A stretch of 32,000 nt of DNA, from assembly GCF_000025685.1 (NCBI RefSeq), contig NC_013967.1:720001-752000 (forward strand), given 5' to 3'. This document shows, one piece after another, positions 22,827 through 31,245 of the stretch. The translations under genes and the position numbers were made by a program. The notes beneath the pieces were generated by a model. The model had not been told where the DNA came from. It searched no databases and worked only from the letters and a program-made list of their open reading frames with translations. Position 1 is the stretch's first letter. Each line of letters opens with the position of its first letter. The stretch comes from Haloferax volcanii DS2. Lineage in GTDB: Archaea > Halobacteriota > Halobacteria > Halobacteriales > Haloferacaceae.

Positions 22827-23468
22827 ATGGCAACTGCGAGCGCAGACAACCCCCTGAAGGAACACCCCGCGGCCGCGACCGCCGTCCTCTCGGTGGTCGG
22901 GTACGCCCTCGTCATCGGGACGTTCCTCGGCGTCGTCCCCGGAAGGGTCTTTCCCGACCTGTCGCTCCCACAGGTGAATCTCCTCTCGGACGCCATCGCC
23001 GTCGTGAACACGGTGAACGTCCTCGTCATCGCGGCGGGCTGGCGCTGGATTCGTCGCGACGAGGTCCGGAAGCACGCGGCCGCGATGGTCACGTCGTTCG
23101 GCCTCATCCTCGTCTTCCTCGTGATGTATCTCGCGAAAATCGGCGGCGGCGGCACCAAGGAGTTCGTCGGCCCCGCGTTCGCGTACTACCCGTATCTTGC
23201 GATGCTGGCGATTCACATCATCCTCTCTATCGTCTCGGTGCCGGTCGTCCTCTACGCGCTCATCCTCGGGATAACCCACTCCGAGCGCGAACTCCGGACC
23301 GAGACACCCCACCGGAAGGTCGGCCGTATCGCGGCCGGCGCGTGGCTCGTCTCGCTCGCCCTCGGCGTCGTGACGTACCTGCTTCTCAACCACGTGTACA
23401 GTTGGGAGTACACGGTTACCGCCGTCGAGTCCGCGGGCGCGCTCCTCGCGCCCGTCGTCGGGGTCTGA
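22827..23468 (+). CDS. DUF420-family membrane protein
   Basis: 213-aa ORF with 4-5 TM helices: ...SDAIAVVNTVNVLVIAAGWRWIRRDEVRKHAAAMVTSF...YLAMLAIHIILSIVSVPVVLYALILG...HRKVGRIAAGAWLVSLALGVVTYLLL. This resembles DUF420 as I remember it. Confidence 0.75.
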   Translation: MATASADNPLKEHPAAATAVLSVVGYALVIGTFLGVVPGRVFPDLSLPQVNLLSDAIAVVNTVNVLVIAAGWRWIRRDEVRKHAAAMVTSFGLILVFLVMYLAKIGGGGTKEFVGPAFAYYPYLAMLAIHIILSIVSVPVVLYALILGITHSERELRTETPHRKVGRIAAGAWLVSLALGVVTYLLLNHVYSWEYTVTAVESAGALLAPVVGV

Positions 23469-23542
23469 GGCGCGTCGCCCCGGCGAACCGTTCCCCCGCG
23501 GCGCTCCGGTTCCCGGTCGCGTCGCGTCCTCGAAAACTGTGG

Positions 23543-23551
23543 ATTTTTATT
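23543..23551 (+). promoter_or_regulatory. TATA box (ATTTTTATT) of the glycosyltransferase gene
   Basis: It is centred 27 nt upstream of the ATG at 23574, consistent with a leaderless transcript and supporting that start. Confidence 0.6.
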
Positions 23552-23573
23552 GCGCGGCGTAGTGGCGGCGAAT

Positions 23574-24632
23574 ATGCGAGTCGCGCTCGTCTCGATGTAC
23601 ACGACGCACCACGAGGAGACGGGAGCGACCAGACGGCTCCGGCGAACGGCCGAACTCCTCGCCGAGCGCGACCACGAGGTGACGGTGCTCTGTGCGAAGT
23701 GGTGGGACGGCGAGGTTGTCGAGTTCAAACAGGACGGGGTGACCTATCACCGCGTGACTGACGCGCCCGCCGTCGGCGGCTTCGCCTCCCGCGTCCCCTT
23801 CGCCCTCCGCGAGGTCTCACCCGACGTGATTCAGGTCGCGAGCTACCCGCCGTGGCACGTCACGGCGGTCAGGACCGCGGCGCGGTTCCTCCGGACGCCG
23901 GTCGTCGCCGACTGGTGGACCCGCGACGACCGCGGCGGCTCGCGGGCCTACCGGCGGGCGGCGAAGTCCCCGAACGCCGTCTTGGTCCCCTCGGAGATGG
24001 TCCGTACGCAGGTTCGCGAACTCGGCGCTGCGGTCGATTCGACCCATCTCGTCCCCGAGCCCATCAACATGGACCTCGTCCGGAGCGCAGACGCCGATGA
24101 GCGCGCGGACGTGGTGTACGCCCGCGACCTCGACGAGCACGCGAACGTCGAGAGCTTCCTCCTCGCGCTCGCGGAACTCCGCGACAAGGACTGGTCCGCG
24201 GTCGTCATCGGCGACGGCCCCGAGCGCTCGACGGCCGAACAGACCGCCCGCGACCTCCGCATCGACGACCGCGTGGAGTTCCTCGGCGAACTCTCCGCGA
24301 ACGAGGCGGTGCCAATCATGAAGGGCGCGCACGTCTTCGCGCAGACCGCGACGGTCGAGCCCTTCGCGACGAACCTGCTGTGGGCGCTCGCCTGCGGCTG
24401 TGTGTCCATCGTCGAGTATCAGGCGCGGTCGTCGGCCCACGAACTCGTCGAGGGGCGCGAGCGCGGGTCGCTCGTCACGAGTCCCCAAGAGCTGGCGGAC
24501 GAAATCGTCGCCGCCCGCCGGTACGACCACGAGACGGTCGACGACGACTTCGCGCGCTACGACTTCCGACGGGTCATCGAGCAGTACGAATCGGTCTACG
24601 AGACCGAGCGCGACGACTACGGCTTCTTCTGA
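23574..24632 (+). CDS. Glycosyltransferase family 4 (GT-B, RfaB-like)
   Basis: MRVALVSMYTTHHEETGATRRLRRTAELLAERDHEVTVLC... The C-terminal half reads ...LGELSANEAVPIMKGAHVFAQTATVEPFATNLLWALACGCVSIV, with the E-x7-E-like region typical of GT4. Confidence 0.85.
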   Translation: MRVALVSMYTTHHEETGATRRLRRTAELLAERDHEVTVLCAKWWDGEVVEFKQDGVTYHRVTDAPAVGGFASRVPFALREVSPDVIQVASYPPWHVTAVRTAARFLRTPVVADWWTRDDRGGSRAYRRAAKSPNAVLVPSEMVRTQVRELGAAVDSTHLVPEPINMDLVRSADADERADVVYARDLDEHANVESFLLALAELRDKDWSAVVIGDGPERSTAEQTARDLRIDDRVEFLGELSANEAVPIMKGAHVFAQTATVEPFATNLLWALACGCVSIVEYQARSSAHELVEGRERGSLVTSPQELADEIVAARRYDHETVDDDFARYDFRRVIEQYESVYETERDDYGFF

Positions 24633-24740
24633 GTCGACCGCCGCGGCGGCTGTCGCGGTGGCGGCCGTCGTGACGGCGACCGAAGTCGGGCGAGCGCGGC
24701 CGCTCGCGACTGGCAAAAATCGAGAGGAGTGACGACCGCG

Positions 24741-25364
24741 TCAGTCCTGGACGTCGTAGTCGCCGCCGTACTTCATGAAGAAGTACGCGAGGCCGAGCGT
24801 CGCGATCATCGCGAACGTCGTCGCAACGCCGAGGGACTTCGCGCTGTCGGGGACCTGCGGGCGGCTCGGGCCGCCGCCACCGCCGGTGCTGACGGTCGGC
24901 ACGTCGCCGCCGACGGCGACCGCGCCGAGCATCCCGAGCGCCTCGTGGGGCACGCAGTGGTACTTCGTGATGCCCGCGTCGCCCTCTTCGAAGGTGTACT
25001 CGTAGGTGCTTCCGGCCTCGGAGACGGCCGCGCCGGAGTCGAGCGACGCGCCCTCGCTCGCGACGACGTTGTGGCCGCCGCCCTCGCCGGTCCACTCCCA
25101 CGTCACGGTCGTGCCGGTGTCTATCCAGACGCCCGCGGGGGAGAACGCGAGTGCGCCGCCGTTACCTTCTGCGCCCACTTCGATGGTGACCTCGCTCTGG
25201 CCGCGGAGGTCTTCGTACCCTCCGTCGATGCCGTCGAGGTGGCCGCCGAAGTCCGGTTCTTCCGTCTGCGCCGCGGCCGTGCCGGAAGTGGCGGCGACCG
25301 CCGCGCCGCCAGCGGCCGCCCCGAGGAACGCCCGCCGAGACATATCCACGTTGCCGTCGGTCAT
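24741..25364 (-). CDS. Halocyanin (type 1 blue copper protein) with a Tat signal and a C-terminal TM anchor
   Basis: Tat motif: MSRRAFLGAAAGG. Cupredoxin ligand pattern: GGGHNVV ... YHCVPHEALGMLG. C-terminal TM: LGVATTFAMIATLGLAYFFM. A minus-strand T5 run at 24715-24719 lies downstream. Confidence 0.92.
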   Translation of the reverse strand: MTDGNVDMSRRAFLGAAAGGAAVAATSGTAAAQTEEPDFGGHLDGIDGGYEDLRGQSEVTIEVGAEGNGGALAFSPAGVWIDTGTTVTWEWTGEGGGHNVVASEGASLDSGAAVSEAGSTYEYTFEEGDAGITKYHCVPHEALGMLGAVAVGGDVPTVSTGGGGGPSRPQVPDSAKSLGVATTFAMIATLGLAYFFMKYGGDYDVQD

Positions 25365-25508
25365 GTCCGCCGCTTGGTGTGGGCTTGTAGTGAATACTTT
25401 GGTTCTCGTCCGCCGGTCGGGGGTGTCGCGCCTCGATATAGGGGGGTGACCCCGCGATGTCGGCCGCGCCGACGAGGGTCGCTTCCGGGCTCGTCTTCCG
25501 AGGGTCGC

Positions 25509-26555
25509 TTACAGCGTGTAGTCGAACTCGCCCGTCTCGCTCTCCAGGAAGGCCGTCAGGAGGTCGATGTAGGCGACCACGTCGTCCTCGTGGACGCTCT
25601 CGGTGACGGTGTGGAGGTAGCGCGTCGGCATCGAAATCGCGCCGACGGGCTTCGCGCCGTAGCTGTTCTGGAAGCCGCCGGTGTCGGTGCCGCCCGCGGG
25701 GAGCAGTTCCATCTGGTAGGGGATGTCGTCGTCCTCGGCCACGGCGCGGAGGCGGCGGTGGACCTTCGGGTTGGCGATGGCGCTCGAATCCTTGAGCTTG
25801 ATGCCCGCGCCCGCACCGAGTTTCGTGACGTGGTCGGCGGGGTCGAAGCCGGGCACGTCGTTGGCGACGGTGGTGTCGAGGCCGAGCGCGAGGTCGGGGT
25901 CGAGGTCGACGCCGAGCGCCTGCGCGCCGCGGAGGCCGACTTCCTCTTGGACCGTCGCGGCGAAGTGAATCGTCACCTCGGGGTTCTCGATGCGTTTGGC
26001 GGCCTCCAGCATGGCGAACAGGCAGACGCGGTCGTCGATGGCCTTCCCCGTCACGTGGTTCCCCATGCGGACGGTCGTCTGTTCCATCGTCACGAGGTCG
26101 CCGACGGAGACGGTCTCCTCGACGGTCTCGGCGGGCAGGCCGAGGTCGACGTACACGTCCTCGACCTTCGGCTCCTTCTGCTTCTGTTCTTCCGTCAGCG
26201 TGTGCGGGGGAACCGAGCCGATGACGCCCGTGAGGTCTTCGTCTTCCGCGTGGACGGTCACGCGCTGGGCCTTCAGGACGCGAGGGTCCCAGCCGCCGAG
26301 GGCGTCGAGTTGCAGGAAGCCCTCGTCGTTGACGTGGCGGACCATGAAGCCGATTTCGTCCATGTGGGCCGCGACGGCGACCTCGTAGTCGCTCTCGCCT
26401 TCGATGGTGCCGACGACGTTGCCCATCCCGTCGACCCGGACGGAATCGGTCGTCGCTTCGAGGTCCTCGCGGACGAGCGCGCGGATGCGGTCTTCGTAGC
26501 CGGGGACGCCGCTGGTCTCGGTAAGCTGCTTCAGGCGGTCGAAGTCGAACTCCAT
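25509..26555 (-). CDS. M42 family metallopeptidase (TET aminopeptidase / FrvX-like)
   Basis: MEFDFDRLKQLTETSGVPGYEDRIRALV...AVAAHMDEIGFMV...GKAIDDRVCLFAML...ATVQEEVGLRGA...MPTRYLHT. I prefer the ATG at 26555 over the track start at 26615. Confidence 0.92.
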   Translation of the reverse strand: MEFDFDRLKQLTETSGVPGYEDRIRALVREDLEATTDSVRVDGMGNVVGTIEGESDYEVAVAAHMDEIGFMVRHVNDEGFLQLDALGGWDPRVLKAQRVTVHAEDEDLTGVIGSVPPHTLTEEQKQKEPKVEDVYVDLGLPAETVEETVSVGDLVTMEQTTVRMGNHVTGKAIDDRVCLFAMLEAAKRIENPEVTIHFAATVQEEVGLRGAQALGVDLDPDLALGLDTTVANDVPGFDPADHVTKLGAGAGIKLKDSSAIANPKVHRRLRAVAEDDDIPYQMELLPAGGTDTGGFQNSYGAKPVGAISMPTRYLHTVTESVHEDDVVAYIDLLTAFLESETGEFDYTL

Positions 26556-26706
26556 GCGAGTGCATGAATTGCCGGTGTAGATAAGTCCATCAGTCCCAGG
26601 CGACCGTGCCGGCACTCGATGATCCGCCGCGCCGTCTCGGAAGAACTCTAAATATAGTCATTGTTTTTCCGGAACGCTTTTCCAGTTCTCTCCGAAGGTA
26701 CACCGT

Positions 26707-26964
26707 ATGTCCGATACCGAATCTCAGCTCCGCGAGCAGTTCATGGACGCGTTCGAAAACGCGGATTTCCCCGTGGAAAATCAGATGTCGCTCGTCCCCG
26801 CGCTCCCGAACGGTCCGGGCACGAAGTTCAAGACGGACGACGTGACCGTCACGGCGATGGAGCTGGCCGCCAAGCTCGGCAAGCATCAGGACTTCCCGTA
26901 CGAGGACGCCGAGAGCCTCGTCGACGACATCATCGCCGGCCTCAAGGCCGAAGGCATGATCTGA
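26707..26964 (+). CDS. MTH865-like family small protein
   Basis: 85-aa acidic ORF MSDTESQLREQFMDAFENADFPVENQMSLVPALPNGPGTKFKTDDVTVTAMELAAKLGKHQDFPYEDAESLVDDIIAGLKAEGMI. It matches my memory of haloarchaeal MTH865-family proteins; this was not verified. Confidence 0.7.
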   Translation: MSDTESQLREQFMDAFENADFPVENQMSLVPALPNGPGTKFKTDDVTVTAMELAAKLGKHQDFPYEDAESLVDDIIAGLKAEGMI

Positions 26965-26977
26965 GTTCGGTCGTCGC

Positions 26978-27700
26978 GTGACCGAGACGAAACGCGCGCT
27001 CTGGGACCGCTTCGTCGACCGCTTCGTCGACGCCGCGGACCCGATTTCACTGTTCGAGACGACCGCCGACGGGACCGTCGACACCATCGCGTACGGTCGC
27101 TCCGGCCGGCGGACGCTCCACCGCGGCGAACGCATGGAGCGGCGGCTCCGCGAGGCCGGCGGCCGCGTCGTCACCGACTACGACCGCCGCGAGGGCCGCT
27201 ACGAGGGGCTCGTCTACATGATGTACACCCTCGACGGCGACGAGGTCGTCCCCCGATACCTCGGTAAGTGCGGGAAGTTCGGCGCGTCCGGTACCGACCT
27301 CAACAGCAATCTGCGGAACGTCGACACCAACGACGGCAAACTCGCGCGCTGGGGCTACGGGAACTACTACCACTTCGGAGACCTCTCGTCGGCCGCCTTC
27401 CGCGACGACGGGCCGGGGAAGTACGACCGCTGGGTAGCGGCGCTGTTCGCTTCGACCGACCCGCCGCGGCTCCGCGAACCGGTGTACTTCTGGGTCGAAC
27501 CGTGGGCGGTCGGCACGGAGGGGCCGTACCCCGACACGCGGCCGTACCTCGAAGAACTGGAGTACCAACTCATCGGCATCGCCTTCGAACTGTACCCCGA
27601 GCGCCTGCTCAACACCGAGGGCGTGCCGACGAACCCCGAGGCCTACGCGAAGATGCGCGGCTGGACCGACCGCGAGGACACCCGACTTTCGGACTTCTGA
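26978..27700 (+). CDS. Hypothetical protein with a GIY-YIG-nuclease-like motif arrangement (tentative)
   Basis: 240-aa ORF with a GTG start 13 nt after the MTH865-like stop. GLVYMMYTLDGDEVVPRYLGKCGKFG resembles GIY-x10/11-YIG. ELEYQLIGIAFELYPERLLN resembles the catalytic-Glu helix ...P..(Y)N of UvrC/I-TevI-type domains. The CDS itself is well supported by acidic composition and length. The family call is weak. Confidence 0.6.
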   Translation: MTETKRALWDRFVDRFVDAADPISLFETTADGTVDTIAYGRSGRRTLHRGERMERRLREAGGRVVTDYDRREGRYEGLVYMMYTLDGDEVVPRYLGKCGKFGASGTDLNSNLRNVDTNDGKLARWGYGNYYHFGDLSSAAFRDDGPGKYDRWVAALFASTDPPRLREPVYFWVEPWAVGTEGPYPDTRPYLEELEYQLIGIAFELYPERLLNTEGVPTNPEAYAKMRGWTDREDTRLSDF

Positions 27701-27739
27701 CACCCAAACCGATTTCTCGTCGCCGGGGCAATTCGAGGT

Positions 27740-29566
27740 ATGCGAACGTACGACATCGAGCGCTACCTGAACATCAGGAGCGCCTACGGCGCGTCGTTCT
27801 CGGCCGACGGCGAGCGCCTGTCGTTCCTCATGGACACGACGGGCGTCCCGCAGGTCTGGACGGTCGATTCGCCCGGCGCGTGGCCCGAACAGCGGACCTT
27901 CTACGAGGAGCGCGTCACCTTCGCCTCGTGGTCGCCCGAGCGCCCCGAACTGGCTTTCGGCATGGACAACGGCGGCAACGAGCGCGCCCAGCTGTTCCGG
28001 CTCGAACCCGACACCGGCGTCATCGAGAACCTGACCGAACACCCCGACGCCAAGCACCGCTGGGGCGGCTGGAGCCACGACGGCGAGCGGTTCGCGTTCA
28101 CCTCGAACCGCCGCGACCACGCCGTCTTCGACGTGTACGTGCAGGCCCGCGACGGGACCGGCACCGACACCGAACTCGTCCACGAGGGCGACGGCTGGCT
28201 CACCGTCGGCGGCTTCTCGCCCGACGACTCGAAGCTCATCGTCCAAGAAGCGTACTCGAACTTCGACCAGGACGTGTCGGTACTCGACCTCGCCACGGGC
28301 GAGTTGACCCACCTCACGCCGCATCAGGGGACGGTCCGCTTCCAGAGCCCCGAGTGGGGTCCCGACGGCGAGAACGTCTACATGGTGACCGACTGCGGGA
28401 GCGACACGCTCGAACTCGTCCGCTACGAACTCGCCTCCGGGGAGTTCACCACCGTCGAGACCGGCGGTGACCACGAACTGGACGGTCTCAGCATCGACCA
28501 CGACTCGCGCCGACTCGTCTACTCGCGGAACGTCGAGGGCTACACCGAACTCACCTTCGGTGAACTCACCGCGCCCGACCGCATCGACGCGCTCCCCCAA
28601 CCCGACCTGCCGAACGGCGTCGCCGGTGGCGTCTCCTTTTCGCCGGACGGCGAGCGCGCCGCGGTCACCGTCACCGCCAGCGCCGACACCGCGAACGTCT
28701 ACGTAGTCGAGTTGGCCACGGGCGACGCCGAGCGGTGGACGCTCGCGGCGACGGCGGGCATCCCGCGGGACACGTTCGTCCCGCCCGAACTCGTCCGGTA
28801 TCCGACGTTCGACGGCCGCGACATCCCGGCGTTCTTCACGCTCCCCGAGGAGTCGTCGGAGGGGGAGACGCCCGTCATCGTGGACATCCACGGCGGGCCG
28901 GAGTCCCAGCGGCGGCCGTCGTTCTCGGCGGTCAAGCAGTACTTCCTCTCGCGGGGGTACGCCTACTTCGAGCCGAACGTCCGCGGGTCGGCGGGCTACG
29001 GGAAGGCCTACGGCCACCTCGACGACGTGGAAAAACGGATGGACTCCGTCGCCGACATCGAGGCCGCCGTCGAGTGGCTCCACGACCACCCGGCTGTCGA
29101 CCCGGACAAAATCGTCGCCATGGGCGGCTCGTACGGCGGGTTCATGGTGCTCGCGGCGATGACCGAGTACCCCGACCTCTGGGCCGCCGGCGTCGACATC
29201 GTCGGCATCGCGAACTTCGTGACGTTCCTCGAAAACACGGGCGACTGGCGGCGCGAACTCCGCGAGGCGGAGTACGGCTCGCTCGAAGACGACCGCGAGT
29301 TCCTCGAATCCATCTCGCCCATCAACAACGTCGAGACGATTCGCGCGCCGCTTTTCGTCCTCCACGGCGAAAACGACCCGCGGGTGCCGGTCAGCGAGGC
29401 CCACCAACTCGTCGAGGAGGCGAGGGAACACGCCCACGTCCGCGAACTCATCTTCGACGACGAGGGTCACGGCTTTACCAAACTGGAGAACCGCATCGAG
29501 GCGTACTCTCAGATAGCAGACTTCCTCGACGAGTACGTCCGGAGCGCGCCCGCCGCGGACGACTGA
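27740..29566 (+). CDS. S9 family serine peptidase (prolyl oligopeptidase / acylaminoacyl peptidase-like)
   Basis: 608-aa ORF with an N-terminal beta-propeller-like region (FSADGERLSFL..., WSHDGERFAF..., FSPDGERAAV). The C-terminal hydrolase domain has the triad context GGSYGGFM (Ser), HGENDPRVP (Asp) and DEGHGF (His). Confidence 0.93.
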   Translation: MRTYDIERYLNIRSAYGASFSADGERLSFLMDTTGVPQVWTVDSPGAWPEQRTFYEERVTFASWSPERPELAFGMDNGGNERAQLFRLEPDTGVIENLTEHPDAKHRWGGWSHDGERFAFTSNRRDHAVFDVYVQARDGTGTDTELVHEGDGWLTVGGFSPDDSKLIVQEAYSNFDQDVSVLDLATGELTHLTPHQGTVRFQSPEWGPDGENVYMVTDCGSDTLELVRYELASGEFTTVETGGDHELDGLSIDHDSRRLVYSRNVEGYTELTFGELTAPDRIDALPQPDLPNGVAGGVSFSPDGERAAVTVTASADTANVYVVELATGDAERWTLAATAGIPRDTFVPPELVRYPTFDGRDIPAFFTLPEESSEGETPVIVDIHGGPESQRRPSFSAVKQYFLSRGYAYFEPNVRGSAGYGKAYGHLDDVEKRMDSVADIEAAVEWLHDHPAVDPDKIVAMGGSYGGFMVLAAMTEYPDLWAAGVDIVGIANFVTFLENTGDWRRELREAEYGSLEDDREFLESISPINNVETIRAPLFVLHGENDPRVPVSEAHQLVEEAREHAHVRELIFDDEGHGFTKLENRIEAYSQIADFLDEYVRSAPAADD

Positions 29567-29623
29567 GGCGGACCTACCTTATTTTCCGTTAGAGTCAAAG
29601 CGCGGGACATCGAATCCCCGTCT

Positions 29624-30043
29624 ATGAGCGCGGACTCCGAACAGCGAACGATCCGGTGTCTCATCGCCAAGGTGGGACTGGACGGCCACGACCGCGGCGC
29701 ACACGTCATCTCTCGCGCCTTCCGCGACGCGGGATTCGAAGTCATCTACTCGGGGTTGCATCGCGCCCCGGACGAAATCATCCAGGCGACGGTCCAAGAG
29801 GACGTTGACGTGCTGGGTATCTCCATTCTCTCCGGCGCGCACAACACGCTCGTCCCGAAGGTGATGGCCGGTCTCGAAGAGTACGGCGCGCTCGACGACA
29901 CGCTCGTCATCGTCGGCGGCATCATCCCCGAAGAGGACCGACCCGGTCTCCTCGAAGAGGGCGTCGACGCCATCTTCGGCCCCGGCACGCCGATGCAGGA
30001 GACCATCGACTTCGTGAAGGAACACGCGCCCGAGCGACCGTGA
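29624..30043 (+). CDS. Methylmalonyl-CoA mutase, cobalamin (B12)-binding small subunit/domain
   Basis: 139-aa ORF IRCLIAKVGLDGHDRGAHVISRAFRDAGFEVIYSGLHRAPDEIIQATVQEDVDVLGISILSGAH...VIVGGIIP, with the DxHxxG B12-binding signature (DGHDRG). Confidence 0.92.
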   Translation: MSADSEQRTIRCLIAKVGLDGHDRGAHVISRAFRDAGFEVIYSGLHRAPDEIIQATVQEDVDVLGISILSGAHNTLVPKVMAGLEEYGALDDTLVIVGGIIPEEDRPGLLEEGVDAIFGPGTPMQETIDFVKEHAPERP

Positions 30044-31158
30044 CGATGAGTCGGGCGGTCGAATCCGACCTCGTCGAGCGACTCCTCGACGGCGAGCACC
30101 GGGCGCTCGCGCGCGCCATCACGAAAATCGAGTCGCAGTCGCCGGGCTACCGGGACATCGTCTCGGAACTCCACGCGCACACGGGCGACGCGTCCGTCGT
30201 CGGCATCACGGGCAGTCCGGGGGCCGGCAAATCGACGCTCGTGGACAAACTGGCGAAGTACTACCGCGACCAGGGCGAGACGGTCGGCGTCATCGCCGTG
30301 GACCCCTCCTCGCCGTACACCGGCGGGGCCGTCCTCGGCGACCGCATCCGCATGGCCTCGAACGTCGGTGACATGGACGTGTTCTTCCGGTCGATGAGCG
30401 CTCGCGGCCAGCTCGGCGGCCTCTCGACCGCCACCGCGGACGCCGTGAAGGCGCTCGACGCCTTCGGGAAAGACCGCATCATCATCGAGACGGTCGGCGC
30501 GGGGCAAAACGAGGTGGACGTGGTGAAGACCGCCGACACGGTCGTCGTCCTCGTCCAACCCGGCAGCGGCGACGACGTGCAGATGCTCAAGGCGGGCATC
30601 CTCGAAATCGGTGACGTGTTCGTCGTCAACAAGGCCGACATGGAGGGCGCATCGCGTACCGTCGCAGAGTTACAGGAGATGATTCACCTCCGCGACGACC
30701 CGCGGGCGAACCTCGATACGGGCCACCACGGGGCCGCGGCGTTCGACGACGGCCACGGCGGCGGTCACGGCGGGCACGCGGACGCGAGCGACGCCGAAAG
30801 CGACGCCGAGGGTGACCCTTCCAACGCCGACGAACCCCTCGTCTGGACGCCGCAAGTCCTCGAAACGGTCGCCACGACCGGCGAGGGAATCGACGAGTTG
30901 GTCGAGACGCTGGACGACCACCGCGACTACCTCGACGCCTCCGGCGAACTGGCCGAGAAGGCCCGCAAACGCGCGGGCGAGGAGATTCGACAGCACCTCC
31001 GAAGCGACGTGAACCGGCTCCTCGAAGCCGAACTCGACCGACGCGGCGGAGTCGAAGAGTTCGCTCAGGCCGTCGTCGAAAAGGAGACCGACCCCTACGC
31101 GGTCGCTGAAGACGTGCTCGAACCGCTCCGGGAGTGTCTGGACGACCGAGCCGACTGA
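30040..31158 (+). CDS. meaB: Methylmalonyl-CoA mutase-associated G3E GTPase MeaB (ArgK-like)
   Basis: P-loop: GITGSPGAGKSTL. MeaB-typical segments: AVDPSSPYTGGAVLGDRIRM, ETVGAGQNEVD and VVNKADMEGA. The GTG at 30040 overlaps the upstream stop (GTGA); the ATG at 30046 is an alternative start. It contains a His/Gly/Asp-rich insertion. Confidence 0.9.
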   Translation: MTMSRAVESDLVERLLDGEHRALARAITKIESQSPGYRDIVSELHAHTGDASVVGITGSPGAGKSTLVDKLAKYYRDQGETVGVIAVDPSSPYTGGAVLGDRIRMASNVGDMDVFFRSMSARGQLGGLSTATADAVKALDAFGKDRIIIETVGAGQNEVDVVKTADTVVVLVQPGSGDDVQMLKAGILEIGDVFVVNKADMEGASRTVAELQEMIHLRDDPRANLDTGHHGAAAFDDGHGGGHGGHADASDAESDAEGDPSNADEPLVWTPQVLETVATTGEGIDELVETLDDHRDYLDASGELAEKARKRAGEEIRQHLRSDVNRLLEAELDRRGGVEEFAQAVVEKETDPYAVAEDVLEPLRECLDDRAD

Positions 31159-31245
31159 GCCGACCGAGGCCAAGACGACGTTTGCCCCGCCCACCATCCC
31201 GCCACGGGCGGGCGAATTAAGGCCACCGCGCGCTATCTACGTGAC

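Noticed and set aside
20665-22833. 722-aa minus-strand ORF
   Set aside because: It is antisense to the LysE-family gene and egsA. It is Arg/Gly-rich and basic, unlike the acidic haloarchaeal proteome, so it is a shadow ORF.
24729-26567. 612-aa plus-strand ORF
   Set aside because: It is antisense to the halocyanin and M42 peptidase genes, both of which have clear catalytic or ligand motifs. It is a shadow ORF.
27047-29470. 807-aa minus-strand ORF
   Set aside because: It is antisense to the GIY-YIG-like gene and the S9 peptidase. It has mirror-codon composition (D<->V, E<->L/F) and no recognisable domain.
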